A stretch of 64,000 nt of DNA from a virus (lineage: Duplodnaviria > Heunggongvirae > Uroviricota > Caudoviricetes): IMG/VR virus record IMGVR_UViG_3300049811_000196, positions 1 to 64,000 of that record. One strand, written 5' to 3'. Of the stretch, positions 49,009-59,754 are shown one piece after another; position 1 is the stretch's first letter, and the number at the start of each line of letters is the position of its first letter. Both the position numbers and the translations under genes were made by a program. Below the pieces are notes generated by a model. That model was not told the DNA's origin, made no database searches, and saw only the letters and a program-made list of their open reading frames with translations.

Positions 49009-50007
49009 ATGGCAGATTTAAAACCAGTCGGTAGCGAAAAATTAAGTTCAGATGAAAAATTAAAAAGAATTCTAGAACTTACCTATTACAAACAAGGAAA
49101 CAATAAACCATCAAATGATGCTGAATACATAAAAGAATCTAAGAATGGTGGTGTTTATGCTATTGTTAAAGAAAAGGGTAGTTATTATGTAAAAAGAGGG
49201 TTAAACGAAAACACTCTAGATTACATTGGTGGTCTTTTCATGAAAAATAAAAACAGATTTTCATCATATGGAGAAGCGTTAAAGCGTCTTGAATATATCA
49301 AAGGTCAAGAAGAGATGGAGTTAAATGAGGCGACAAAGTATGTTTTGAAAACAAAACAAAAAACTAATGAGGTTCCTCTTCCCGACCCAACAATGGATCA
49401 ACCAGTCCCCGAACCATCGTTAGGAGACGTTCCTCCGGTAGATGGTTCTGAAACCCCGTCTATGGATGATCCTTCCGCAGATCCTAGTATGTCTACGGAT
49501 GCATCTGCAGAAGGTGGTGAACAAAAACGTTCTGATTATATGGCTGAAATCCAAAAGTATGCCGGTAAATTAGGACAGGAATTGAGGGATCAGAAAGAAA
49601 GAATGGAGAGTGACGATATTAAGTATGTTTTAAACATGATTATATCTGCGGTTGATTTGGATAAATTAGATCCAGAAGATTTAGAAGAAATAGCAGATAA
49701 GTTTGATATGGGAGAAGACGAAGAAGAAGGATCAATGGATGATGTACCATCACCTGACGCATCTTCAGAGGAACCTTCAGGGGAAGAAGAGGAAGATTTA
49801 GGTGAAGTATCAACTCCGATGTCTGATTTGGAGGAATTTATTGATGAACCAATGGATATTGATATGGATGAGATTGATTTCGGTAAATACGCAATCGGTG
49901 AAGAATCTGAAGAAGAGGATGATACCGTTGAGTTGGATTTGGATGAAATAAAAAACGAGATAAACAACAACATAAATCAAACCTTAAGCAAATATTTTAG
50001 ACAATAA
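49009..50007 (+). CDS. acidic hypothetical protein (possible internal head protein)
   Basis: 332 aa with a Glu/Asp/Ser-rich C-terminal half. Confidence 0.4.
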   Translation: MADLKPVGSEKLSSDEKLKRILELTYYKQGNNKPSNDAEYIKESKNGGVYAIVKEKGSYYVKRGLNENTLDYIGGLFMKNKNRFSSYGEALKRLEYIKGQEEMELNEATKYVLKTKQKTNEVPLPDPTMDQPVPEPSLGDVPPVDGSETPSMDDPSADPSMSTDASAEGGEQKRSDYMAEIQKYAGKLGQELRDQKERMESDDIKYVLNMIISAVDLDKLDPEDLEEIADKFDMGEDEEEGSMDDVPSPDASSEEPSGEEEEDLGEVSTPMSDLEEFIDEPMDIDMDEIDFGKYAIGEESEEEDDTVELDLDEIKNEINNNINQTLSKYFRQ

Positions 50008-50408
50008 TGGTTTTAATCTATATTAATGAGATAGGTTCTGATTATAAAGGTCAAAAACAGTATGAATTTATATTTAGTAAATCTACAGACCTTGATATGG
50101 AAGAATGGTTTACCATACCAGCATCGTCATCATTAGAACCGAAGTCTCCCCGTATTGAATATATAGATTTAATTGGATTATTGAAGGATACCGATGTTGT
50201 TTTGGAATTAATTCAAAATTCTGACTATTTCGGTATTATTGATGCAGTGGATGGTGTTGTATCTTTGGGGTGGGAACCATTTGACTATAATTCCGAAAAC
50301 AAGAGATTATGGTTTAAATTCGGGGAAACCGTGGAGTCCGTAACTAAAAAACTTAAACAGAGGAATTATATCCTACAAAACCAAGAAATTAAATTAGGTA
50401 ATATATGA
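50007..50408 (+). CDS. hypothetical protein
   Basis: 133 aa, translationally coupled. Confidence 0.4.
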   Translation: MVLIYINEIGSDYKGQKQYEFIFSKSTDLDMEEWFTIPASSSLEPKSPRIEYIDLIGLLKDTDVVLELIQNSDYFGIIDAVDGVVSLGWEPFDYNSENKRLWFKFGETVESVTKKLKQRNYILQNQEIKLGNI

Positions 50409-51190
50409 AACGTAATGAAATTATAAATAAATTGGTAAATGAGGGACTTTCTGAGAAGACCCTTTCAAGGTTTTCTGATAGACAGATTAACGAACTTTCA
50501 AAAAGATTTTTTGGTGAGGGTACTGTTATGATATCCAAAAAAAGTCCTACCTTTAAGTCTGATGTCGATACGGCAAAAAAAGAAAACAAAACAATTGAAA
50601 CATACGAACAAGAGAAGAAAAAATCAAAAAAAGAAGAAGTGAAGGAAGATGGGTGGGATTCTAGGTCCGTTTCAAAACAATTTAAAAAAATTAATACATC
50701 AAAAAAGAGAAATGTACCAAAAGGTGATAATGTTTCTTTTACAGATGATGATAAAGTTACGGACGACTTTTATAAAAAGTTAAATAAATCAACATATAAC
50801 TCAAAAACAAAAACTTTGGAGCCAACTGAAAGTGTAAAAGAGGTGAAAGAATGGGTTGAAAATGTTGTAGAAAATAACTATCATCCATTTACATCAAAAA
50901 ACGAAATCATGGATTTAATTAAAACCAAATTAAATGAAGTTTCATCTCAGGTATCTCATGGACCGAATGTGAAAAAAGGTCATAATGACATACCTGAATT
51001 TATGACATACGATTCAATTAAAAAATCTAAAAGTATGAATTCTCCAAAACCGTCTCCATCAACAAAACCCGGTCCTGGCGTTGCTCCGTCACCAGTTAGA
51101 ACACCGTCTAAACCAAGTATTAGACCAAAACCAGATAATCCGTTTTCACCAAAACCGGGTGAAAAAAGTAAACCAAAGGCGATAAGATGA
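50405..51190 (+). CDS. lysine-rich protein with Pro-rich C-terminal tail
   Basis: 261 aa. PKPSPSTKPGPGVAPSPVRTPSKPSIRPKP. Confidence 0.4.
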   Translation: MKRNEIINKLVNEGLSEKTLSRFSDRQINELSKRFFGEGTVMISKKSPTFKSDVDTAKKENKTIETYEQEKKKSKKEEVKEDGWDSRSVSKQFKKINTSKKRNVPKGDNVSFTDDDKVTDDFYKKLNKSTYNSKTKTLEPTESVKEVKEWVENVVENNYHPFTSKNEIMDLIKTKLNEVSSQVSHGPNVKKGHNDIPEFMTYDSIKKSKSMNSPKPSPSTKPGPGVAPSPVRTPSKPSIRPKPDNPFSPKPGEKSKPKAIR

Positions 51191-52545
51191 AATTAACAAA
51201 AAAAGATTTAATCCATATTGTTGAAACAAAATTGAACGAAATGCCGATGGATTTCGATAGTCCAGATCGTCCTGATCAAGAAATTCAAAATAAATTAAGT
51301 ACGGGTGATACCCCACTTAAGAAGGTCCCATTACCAAAAACAGGTCAAGAACCAAACAAGAATTTTCAAGAATTACTTGCATCAGAAAGATATAAACAAG
51401 TAATACAAAAAGTTAGACAATTTACGGGAAATAACCAACCCATTAGAGGTGTGCAGGGAATGATGCCTTTAATGCAAGAAATGATGATTGCTCATAATAC
51501 TATCGTTCAATTAGAAAGAGAACACAGAAGAGAATTGGAGCAATTAGCGATTGAGGTAGTAATGAAAGAAATGGGTATTCCGGAAGGGGCGATTGAATTT
51601 GACGCGAAAATTGTTGGTATGGATGAAATTACGGGAGAAGATTTTAACCACGATCAGGATGATGAAAATCCGGAAGCTCCAGATATTGATGCCCCCGAAA
51701 TTGAAATTGAACAAAGACTATTTAATCAACTTGAAACACTTAATGTCGAAAAAGCAAAACGTAGATTAATTAATAACCTTATTCAAGGGGCATCAAAAAG
51801 GGGACATTATATGTTTCAATTAGTTCCCGAAAGAATACAACAAATAACCGGAAGTGATCAGTTGTTCGATTTATATGGAATTATGATGTCGGTTAACGAT
51901 CTCATGTATTGGCAACTATCTGATGAAACAGTTAATGGTTCATTACAGAATTCAATTGCAGGTAAAGAACAAGCTGAGGGTCCGGATGAAGAAGGCGGAC
52001 CTGGTAAGGTATTTGCTAGAGGTATTAATTTCCCTGTATTGGTTCACGAATTAATTAAGGGAACAATGGAGTTGATGGCATTACAAGGAAAAGCCGAAGA
52101 TGATTGGGAAGATATTGAAGAAAGTGAAGATACCTTGGAAAAAGAATTGTGGGATTTAAGATTGGGTCCAGCAATCTGGGATAGATTTAGATCTAAATTT
52201 CCTGATGAAATTTTTACTGATGAAAATAAAATTCATTTACAAAACTATTTAATTAGTGCAATTTTCAAACTTCCTGCTAGAAAATTTTTAGTTTTTATGA
52301 GGGAAGTGTTGGGAAATACCAATAAAGGTGAGGAATTAATGAATGAATTGATGGATGGTATTAATCAAGCATTTCAAGATAATGAATATGATGAAGCCAT
52401 GCAACAGTTTGATATGGACTTAGATGACGCCAATGAAACCACAACAGATGATGACATGATGGATTTCTTAAAGGATTTGGGGATTGAGGGTATTAAAGAC
52501 GATGATGAAACAACTGACGATGATGACGAAATAAAACTCGATTAA
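51187..52545 (+). CDS. hypothetical protein, acidic C-terminus (not a recognisable small terminase)
   Basis: 452 aa. ATGA overlap with the upstream gene. Terminator follows. Confidence 0.4.
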   Translation: MKLTKKDLIHIVETKLNEMPMDFDSPDRPDQEIQNKLSTGDTPLKKVPLPKTGQEPNKNFQELLASERYKQVIQKVRQFTGNNQPIRGVQGMMPLMQEMMIAHNTIVQLEREHRRELEQLAIEVVMKEMGIPEGAIEFDAKIVGMDEITGEDFNHDQDDENPEAPDIDAPEIEIEQRLFNQLETLNVEKAKRRLINNLIQGASKRGHYMFQLVPERIQQITGSDQLFDLYGIMMSVNDLMYWQLSDETVNGSLQNSIAGKEQAEGPDEEGGPGKVFARGINFPVLVHELIKGTMELMALQGKAEDDWEDIEESEDTLEKELWDLRLGPAIWDRFRSKFPDEIFTDENKIHLQNYLISAIFKLPARKFLVFMREVLGNTNKGEELMNELMDGINQAFQDNEYDEAMQQFDMDLDDANETTTDDDMMDFLKDLGIEGIKDDDETTDDDDEIKLD

Positions 52546-52567
52546 TACATTTAAAAAAGGATTAAAA

Positions 52568-52594
52568 GGAGGTCATTAATGACCTCCTTTTTTA
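52568..52594 (+). terminator. rho-independent terminator
   Basis: aggaggtcattaatgacctcc followed by a T-run. Confidence 0.7.
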
Positions 52595-52636
52595 TTTATA
52601 TAGGTTTTAAAGTCATTTTTCTCTATTTATGATAAT

Positions 52637-54415
52637 ATGAATAGGAAAATTGAACAGTTAAAAGAGTATGCAAAAATCATCAAAGACACACCATATGCTT
52701 TAAAAACATATCTCCAAACATATGATAATACTCAAAGAAAATATGTTCCCTTGGATTTATTTGAAGATCAAATTCAATTAATCGAAGATTATGAAACCTA
52801 TAATGAAAACATTACAAGAAAATATAGACAAGCGGGTGTAACAACAGTTACAGCAGCTTGGGTTTCTAAGGTTCTGCAAACAGCAAAGGAAGAAAAACCT
52901 GAAAGAGTACTGATTGTTGCCAATAAACGCGATACCGCGATTGAAATGGCGAATAAAATAAGAAACTTTCTTGAGCAATGGCCAGAGTGGATTAATGTTG
53001 GATTTGATCCCGGAAAAAATTCTGAAAGTAGATTTAGGTTAAATAATGGATGTGAGGTTAAAGCGGTAGGTACGTCTGCGGATGCTCTTCGTGGTTATAC
53101 CCCCACTATTCTTATATTAGATGAAGCGGCATATATTGAAGCCGGAGAAGATTTCTGGGCGGCATCTATGGCGTCACTTTCAACTGGTGGTAAAATTATT
53201 CTCATATCAACTCCACAAGGATTTGACCCAATATATTACGCAATATATGATCAAGCGTTAAGGGGATTAAATGATTTTCATATTACAGATCTACGTTGGT
53301 TTAAAGACCCAAGATATAATAAAGATTTAAGGTGGGTTAAGTGTAGTGATATTGTTCATTATATGTTAAACAGAGAACAATATAACGATGATGAAGTCAC
53401 ATTTTGGGATTTTGACTTAAAAAACTATCAACAATATTTGGAAGAAGGGTATAAACCATATTCAAGTTGGTTTGAATCCATGTCCAAAAAATTCAAATAC
53501 GATAAACGTAAAATAGCTCAGGAACTTGAGGCAGATTTCCTCGGATCTGGAGATGGTGTTATCCCAAGTGATTTCCAAGATAATATTGCAAAAAATATGA
53601 TTAGAGTTCCCATTGAAAAATATATGCAAGGAACTGTTTGGCAATGGAAAGAACCAGTTGCTGGTCATAGATATATAATGGGGGTTGACGTAAGTAGAGG
53701 AGATAGTGAGGATTTCTCAGCCATTAATATAATCGATTTTGATGATCGGGAACAGGTCTTAGAATACATTGGTAAAATACCCCCCGATGATTTAGCAGCT
53801 ATTGCATATAAATGGGGAATACTATATGGGAACGCATTTATAGTTACTGATATTACAGGAGGTATGGGCATTGCTACTTCAAGAAAATTACAAGAATTGA
53901 ATTATAAAAATTTATTCATAGACGGTATCAATACACAAAACATTTGGGAATATAATAAAAAAATTATGGAGAAAATTCCCGGAATAAATTTTAATAACAA
54001 AAGAACACAAATAATCGCATCATTTGAAGAACATGTTAGAAAAGGATTTGCTATAAGGTCTGCTAGATTATTAAATGAGTTAAGTACGTTTGTTTACATA
54101 AACGGAAGACCCGATCACATGAAGGGTTCACATGACGACGCAATTATGAGTATATCGATGGCTATTTATGCCGGAGACATCTCTTTTAATCAATTGGAGA
54201 GAGCATCATCACAAAATAAAGCCATTTTGGATTCTTGGGCTTTATCTGAAAGAACATATGAACCAAACAAAAGTTTCTATTCGTATGGAACAAGTTTAGA
54301 TCCAATCGGGTCGATGTTCGCGGGAAATAATCGATTAATTAACGACGTTACCCCATATGATAACCCAAAAGAGGCTTATCAGAAGTATTCTTGGCTATTT
54401 AAAAAACCGAAATAA
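52637..54415 (+). CDS. terminase large subunit (T4 gp17-like)
   Basis: 592 aa. ATPase segment ILILDEAAYIE. Nuclease-like C-terminal MGVDVSRGDSEDFSAI...HDDAIMSISMAIYA. Immediately upstream of portal. Confidence 0.8.
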   Translation: MNRKIEQLKEYAKIIKDTPYALKTYLQTYDNTQRKYVPLDLFEDQIQLIEDYETYNENITRKYRQAGVTTVTAAWVSKVLQTAKEEKPERVLIVANKRDTAIEMANKIRNFLEQWPEWINVGFDPGKNSESRFRLNNGCEVKAVGTSADALRGYTPTILILDEAAYIEAGEDFWAASMASLSTGGKIILISTPQGFDPIYYAIYDQALRGLNDFHITDLRWFKDPRYNKDLRWVKCSDIVHYMLNREQYNDDEVTFWDFDLKNYQQYLEEGYKPYSSWFESMSKKFKYDKRKIAQELEADFLGSGDGVIPSDFQDNIAKNMIRVPIEKYMQGTVWQWKEPVAGHRYIMGVDVSRGDSEDFSAINIIDFDDREQVLEYIGKIPPDDLAAIAYKWGILYGNAFIVTDITGGMGIATSRKLQELNYKNLFIDGINTQNIWEYNKKIMEKIPGINFNNKRTQIIASFEEHVRKGFAIRSARLLNELSTFVYINGRPDHMKGSHDDAIMSISMAIYAGDISFNQLERASSQNKAILDSWALSERTYEPNKSFYSYGTSLDPIGSMFAGNNRLINDVTPYDNPKEAYQKYSWLFKKPK

Positions 54416-54448
54416 TATTTTATATTAATAAAAAAACTATTTATATAC

Positions 54449-57433
54449 ATGGCTGATAAAAATTTAACAGTATTTCAAAGGTTAACTAAAATGTTTGGTT
54501 TTCCTGGTGAAGTTAAACAGGAAAAACAATCACCTAGATTTGAATTTAACAAAGATCAAATACTAAAAACAGATAGCATAGAAGATTATGAAAAAGCTCG
54601 TCTTCAAGCGCAGCAAACACAATACATTGTAGATAAGTGGGCAAAATTAGATCAATCTTTATATAATCAATCTGTATATTATGAACCAAACAGATTGGCG
54701 GCATATTATGATTACGAATCTATGGAGATGTGTATTTTGGGGGACACAAAAATAGCAACTCCTGATGGTTTTGTAACCATTAAAGAATTAGCAGATAGGG
54801 GGAGAGATTATGAATTTATAACATATGCATATGATCATAATCTTAAAAAAGTAGTTCCTGCTATAGCTAGAAATGCCCATTATACGAGAGATGACATGAC
54901 CTATAAGATTACTTTCGATGATGGTTCTCACATTATTGCGACAGAAACCCATAGATTTTTAAAAAGAGATGGTGTTTTTGAAGAACTACGAAATTTAAAG
55001 GTTGGTGACTCAATGATGCCGTTTTATAGAAAATCATTCTATAATAATCAAAATTATAATTGGGTCTATGTATGTAATTCAAAAGAAGGACATAACGGAT
55101 GGGTTCCTGAACATAATTTAATTGCGGAATGGTATTTTAAGAAGAAAATAAATAAAGAAGAAGAGGTTCACCATATTGATTTTAATGGTAAAAATAATCT
55201 ACCATCTAATTTGTTGATAATGGATAGATCTGAACACCGATCTTTTCACGCAAAGATAAATAATGAAAAATTATGGTCAAATCCAAAGTATAGATTATTA
55301 ATGTCGGAAGTCGCAAAAAGAAAGGGTAAATATAATTGGAATGGTAAGAGGAAGGGTAAAAATAATCCTTCGTACATCGATATTTCATTTAATGAAATTA
55401 TCGAGGTTTCAAAAATACATAGAACTCAAGAAAAAACTGCAAAACATTTAGGAGTGTCTGTTGCAAAACTACAAGATGAACTAAAATTAAATGGTTTTAA
55501 AAATTGGGATTTATTTTTGGATGTTTACGGTATTAAAAAATTAATTCCACAAACGGAAAATAGAGAATCAATAAATTTTAAACATGTTCCTTGGGATTTA
55601 ATTATTGAATCTGCTAAAAAATATAAATCAATACGCAAAACATCTGATTTTATTGGTATAAGTAGATCTAAATTAATGTCATCATTAAGAATGAACGGTT
55701 ATAAACGATGGGACACTTTTTTAGATGCATATGGAATAGAAAAGTCGAAAATAGGTAGAGATATAAAACATGATAAAATAACCATTAATCATAAAATAGT
55801 ATCTATCGAACCATATGGAGTATTCCCCGTTTATGATTTGACTGTTCCAGGGTATAAAAATTTCGCAACAGACACTATTTTTTCCCATAATACCCCCGAA
55901 ATATCCGCAGCTTTGGATATATACGCAGAAGAATCTACTGCGGTATCTGAAAAGGGGGAGATATTGACAATATTTTCTGAATCGGATAGGATTAAAGAGA
56001 TTTTAACGGATTTGTTTGTTAACAAATTAGACATAAATACAAATCTACAGATGTGGGCTAGGGGTATGTGTAAATACGGGGATAATTTTGTTTATTTAAA
56101 AATAGATCCGAAAGAAGGTATCGTTGGATGTCAACAACTTCCAAATATTGAAATAGAGAGGTGGGAAGGAACTGGAACAAAAACACCAACTCAAAATGAT
56201 ATCAAGTCTCCGGTTAGAGAATTGAGATTTAAATGGAATAATAAGGATTTGGAATTTCAGTCTTGGGAAATCGGTCATTTTAGACTTTTAGGTGACGATA
56301 GAAAACTTCCATATGGTACGTCAATGTTGGATAAAGTTAGAAGAATTTGGAAACAACTTCTTTTAGCTGAGGATGCTATGTTGATTTACAGAACCAGTAG
56401 AGCACCTGAACGTAGGGTCTTTAAAGTATTTGTTGGTAACATGGACGATAAAGATATTGAACCCTATATACAACGTATTGCCAATAAGTTTAAGAGAGAT
56501 CCTATTGCTGACCCAAAAAACGGTCAAGTTGATATGAGATATAATCAAATGGCTGTTGATCAGGATTACTTTATACCCGTAAGAGATCCGTCACAAACCA
56601 ATCCGATTGAAACTTTACCGGGTGCTCAGAACTTGGGAGAAATTGCGGACATAGAATATATTCAGAAAAAATTATTAACTGGATTAAGAATACCTAAAGC
56701 GTTTCTTGGATTTGAAGAAGTTGTGGGTGATGGTAAATCTTTGGCTTTAATGGATATCAGATTTGCGAGAACCATTAATAGAATACAAAAATCATTAATT
56801 CAAGAATTAAATAAGATTGCATTAATGCATCTTTATTTATTGGGTTTAGAAGATGAACTAGACAATTTTTCGTTATCCTTAACTAACCCATCCGCACAAT
56901 CCGATCTATTAAGAATAGAACAATGGAAAGAAAAAATTGCGTTATATAAAGACGCAACATCAGATCAATCCCAATTAGGTATTTTACCTGTTTCCCATAC
57001 TTGGGCAAAAAAGAATATTTTAGGAATGAGTGATGCTGAAGTTATTCTTGATTTACAACAACAAAGATTGGAAAGAGCAATGGGATTTGAGTTAACAAAT
57101 ACCCAAAACGTGATTAAAAGATCTGGTGTATTTGATGAGGTCGATTCGAGGTATGGTATACCAGAAGAAGAAAGAAAGAAATTAGAGGCTCAAAACTTAA
57201 ACGCCGATAACGATATGAACCCCGGCGGTGGATTAGATATGGGTGGCGGAGCACCACCTCCTCCGGCAGAGGGTGGAGGAGGAGAACCCCCCCTAAGTGA
57301 ATCCTTAAAAAAACATAAATTATTTACCTTAACCGAAGGAACAAACTTAGAAGACTTGTTTGATATGGAAAAGGCTCAACAGAATATTTATGAAATAGAA
57401 AACAAGATAAATAATATTTTAAATGATAAATAA
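54449..57433 (+). CDS. portal vertex protein (T4 gp20-like) containing an intein
   Basis: 994-aa ORF. Extein about 607 aa. Contains a Hint domain with HNH (see intein feature). Confidence 0.8.
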   Translation: MADKNLTVFQRLTKMFGFPGEVKQEKQSPRFEFNKDQILKTDSIEDYEKARLQAQQTQYIVDKWAKLDQSLYNQSVYYEPNRLAAYYDYESMEMCILGDTKIATPDGFVTIKELADRGRDYEFITYAYDHNLKKVVPAIARNAHYTRDDMTYKITFDDGSHIIATETHRFLKRDGVFEELRNLKVGDSMMPFYRKSFYNNQNYNWVYVCNSKEGHNGWVPEHNLIAEWYFKKKINKEEEVHHIDFNGKNNLPSNLLIMDRSEHRSFHAKINNEKLWSNPKYRLLMSEVAKRKGKYNWNGKRKGKNNPSYIDISFNEIIEVSKIHRTQEKTAKHLGVSVAKLQDELKLNGFKNWDLFLDVYGIKKLIPQTENRESINFKHVPWDLIIESAKKYKSIRKTSDFIGISRSKLMSSLRMNGYKRWDTFLDAYGIEKSKIGRDIKHDKITINHKIVSIEPYGVFPVYDLTVPGYKNFATDTIFSHNTPEISAALDIYAEESTAVSEKGEILTIFSESDRIKEILTDLFVNKLDINTNLQMWARGMCKYGDNFVYLKIDPKEGIVGCQQLPNIEIERWEGTGTKTPTQNDIKSPVRELRFKWNNKDLEFQSWEIGHFRLLGDDRKLPYGTSMLDKVRRIWKQLLLAEDAMLIYRTSRAPERRVFKVFVGNMDDKDIEPYIQRIANKFKRDPIADPKNGQVDMRYNQMAVDQDYFIPVRDPSQTNPIETLPGAQNLGEIADIEYIQKKLLTGLRIPKAFLGFEEVVGDGKSLALMDIRFARTINRIQKSLIQELNKIALMHLYLLGLEDELDNFSLSLTNPSAQSDLLRIEQWKEKIALYKDATSDQSQLGILPVSHTWAKKNILGMSDAEVILDLQQQRLERAMGFELTNTQNVIKRSGVFDEVDSRYGIPEEERKKLEAQNLNADNDMNPGGGLDMGGGAPPPPAEGGGGEPPLSESLKKHKLFTLTEGTNLEDLFDMEKAQQNIYEIENKINNILNDK
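54731..55891 (+). mobile_element. 387-aa intein with HNH endonuclease and two HTH modules
   Basis: Starts CILGDTKIATPDG (block A). TETHRF (block B). HNH EVHHIDFNGKNNLPSNLLIMDRSEHRSFH. HTH KTAKHLGVSVAKL and SDFIGISRSKL. Block F VYDLTVPGYKNFATD. Block G IFSHN followed by T. Confidence 0.8.
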
Positions 57434-58172
57434 CATGAATAAATTTGGTGAAATCAAAACAAAAATACTAACAAAATTATCCGAATCTTATTCCGAAAAA
57501 AATAAGAACGAAATAAAAGATATTTTGAATACGTTAAAAAGTAATAAACTCTTTGTGGAAACTTATCTTTTATATGAAGATATAGAAAACAAACATATCT
57601 CAAGTAAAGAAGTTGCAACACATTTTGTTGAGGAACTAGGTAAATCCTTAAAAGGAAGATCGAGCATTTTTAAACCACTTTACAAGAAGTTGAACGAAAA
57701 AATGAAAGATGTTCAACCGTCAAAAAATAAAATTTACGAGAATTTAGATGTTTTAATGGAGAACGATAACTTATTAAATATCGAAAAAAAGTATCAATCA
57801 AAATCAGAATTAATAAAATATTTAACAGAAGAAAAAAAACAAACCGAGACATACGGTTCGGTATTTACGGAAAATGAATCTCTTTTAGCGATTACGCTAG
57901 CCAATGATTTCAATTCATACTTCGAAAACGTATTGGGAGAAAATGAGAAAAAAGAATTACAGACCATTATTGAAATGAACGAAGAAACTATTGTTGAAAA
58001 CACGGAGAATTTAAAAAATGATATTCTTAAAAAAGTAAACTCTCTAATATTAGAATCTACCGATAAATCCTTAATAGATAAATTAAACGATGTAAAAAAA
58101 CAGGTCGAAAACTCAACCCCTTCTAAATACTCTTATTATAAATTAACCCAACTAAAAAATGGTCTTGATTAA
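57423..58172 (+). CDS. putative prohead core protein (gp67/gp68 region)
   Basis: 249 aa between portal and protease. Start overlaps the portal stop. Confidence 0.35.
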   Translation: MINNMNKFGEIKTKILTKLSESYSEKNKNEIKDILNTLKSNKLFVETYLLYEDIENKHISSKEVATHFVEELGKSLKGRSSIFKPLYKKLNEKMKDVQPSKNKIYENLDVLMENDNLLNIEKKYQSKSELIKYLTEEKKQTETYGSVFTENESLLAITLANDFNSYFENVLGENEKKELQTIIEMNEETIVENTENLKNDILKKVNSLILESTDKSLIDKLNDVKKQVENSTPSKYSYYKLTQLKNGLD

Positions 58173-58360
58173 TCAAGACCATTTTTAATTTTTTGAGAAT
58201 AGATAGCTTTCTGAATTTTCTCTCTTTTCCTGACGGATGGTTTTGTGTAAGTCTGTTTGTCTCTTAGAATTTGTAGTTGTCCAGACTTTAGAACTTTGTT
58301 TTTGTAGATCTTTAGCGCCGCCTCCAGATCCTTTTCTTTTTGTACGTGAATTTCTATCAT
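58169..58360 (-). CDS. small very basic protein on opposite strand
   Basis: 63-aa ORF, KREKIQKAIYSQKIK. Confidence 0.25.
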   Translation of the reverse strand: MIEIHVQKEKDLEAALKIYKNKVLKSGQLQILRDKQTYTKPSVRKREKIQKAIYSQKIKNGLD

Positions 58361-58464
58361 ATGTGTTATAATTATGTAACAAATTTATATATATCTTTTT
58401 TTATTCCAAAATTTTTTCATTATATTTTTAATATCACCATAAAAATTTTATAACATGAAAATTA

Positions 58465-58890
58465 ATGAAGACAGGAAAGTATATCCCTCTTGGAAATTAT
58501 AATAACATAAAAATTGGATTTGGTACAGTCGATTTTAAAGACCTTAAAACAATTTATTTAAAATTAAATTCATGGATAGAACCATCGAGTGATTGTGATG
58601 AGTTTAATCAGATAATTTCTAGAACAAGAAGAAAGATAAAGGAGATTGTGTATAAATTAGAACATCCCGATTTTAAACCACAAAGCATTGTTGATTTGGA
58701 TATCAGAACAAAAGGTATCAAACTAGATAAGAGATCATTCATGAATTTGGAGATTACTTTATATGTGGAAAATAAGTTTGACATAAAATCAAAGAACGTA
58801 AAATTAGATATCAAAAATCTTATTTACCAAATTATTGATGATGGTTTGTCGGATAAAACATTATTTAATTTTCACATATCTAAAAAATAG
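58465..58890 (+). CDS. putative prohead core protein
   Basis: 141 aa, same length as T4 gp68. Position only. Confidence 0.3.
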   Translation: MKTGKYIPLGNYNNIKIGFGTVDFKDLKTIYLKLNSWIEPSSDCDEFNQIISRTRRKIKEIVYKLEHPDFKPQSIVDLDIRTKGIKLDKRSFMNLEITLYVENKFDIKSKNVKLDIKNLIYQIIDDGLSDKTLFNFHISKK

Positions 58891-58924
58891 TCTCAAATCG
58901 AGGTATTTATGTATAAAATATTAA

Positions 58925-59611
58925 ATGAAAGTATTAGGTCCGAAAGATACTGGAGTTAAAGGAATACTCATCGAAAACGATGCTGGTCACATATCGCCAG
59001 AGGATAATAAAAAAATTATAAATGAGATGAAAAATATGGACTTTTCAGAAGATCTCATTTTATATGCTGTTTTACAAAAGTATGATACCCCAAATAAAAA
59101 TGGAAGGATATATCCCGAAAGTATTTTAAAAAGGGAAATGGAGAAATATCAATCCTTAATAAAAAAAGGAGGGGCGTTAAGCGAATTAAACCACCCAACC
59201 TCAAGTTTAATTGATTTAGATCGTGTATCACATTCCATATTGGAAACATGGTGGGACGGTAAAATATTAATGGGGAAAATTAAAATATTCACATCCCCCG
59301 GATGGAAGAAAATGGGTATAGTTTCAACAAAAGGAGATCAGGCGGCAATGTTACTAATGAATGGTGCAACTTTAGGAATTTCATCCAGAGGTGTGGGATC
59401 ATTGAAGGAAATGAAAGGACAAAATATTGTTCAGGATGATTTTGAACTCGTATGTTTTGATCTGGTGTCTTCACCATCTACTCCTGGGGCGTATGTATTT
59501 TCAGATCCATCAGAAAGAGAACAATATCAAGAATCGGTAAAAGAAGAGCCAGTTGTTAACGATAGAATGAAAAATTTAATGACAAAACTCGATTCTTTCT
59601 TAAAAAAATAA
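58925..59611 (+). CDS. prohead core protease (T4 gp21-like)
   Basis: LSELNHPTSS...ILETWWDGKILMGKIKIF...GISSRGVGSL aligns with gp21 ELNHP...DMWWKG...VSSRGLGSL. Confidence 0.8.
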   Translation: MKVLGPKDTGVKGILIENDAGHISPEDNKKIINEMKNMDFSEDLILYAVLQKYDTPNKNGRIYPESILKREMEKYQSLIKKGGALSELNHPTSSLIDLDRVSHSILETWWDGKILMGKIKIFTSPGWKKMGIVSTKGDQAAMLLMNGATLGISSRGVGSLKEMKGQNIVQDDFELVCFDLVSSPSTPGAYVFSDPSEREQYQESVKEEPVVNDRMKNLMTKLDSFLKK

Positions 59612-59624
59612 TTGCATTTATCTG

Positions 59625-59668
59625 TCATAGATAACCCCTCGTCATTATTTGATGGGGGGTTTTATTTT
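59625..59668 (+). terminator. imperfect hairpin plus T-run
   Basis: cccctcgtcattatttgatggggggtttt. Confidence 0.4.
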
Positions 59669-59754
59669 AATATTAAATTTTATTCGTATAAAAATATCAA
59701 AAAAAGGATTTTTTATAAAATAAAAGTATTTATAGTATAATAAAACAAATAAAA

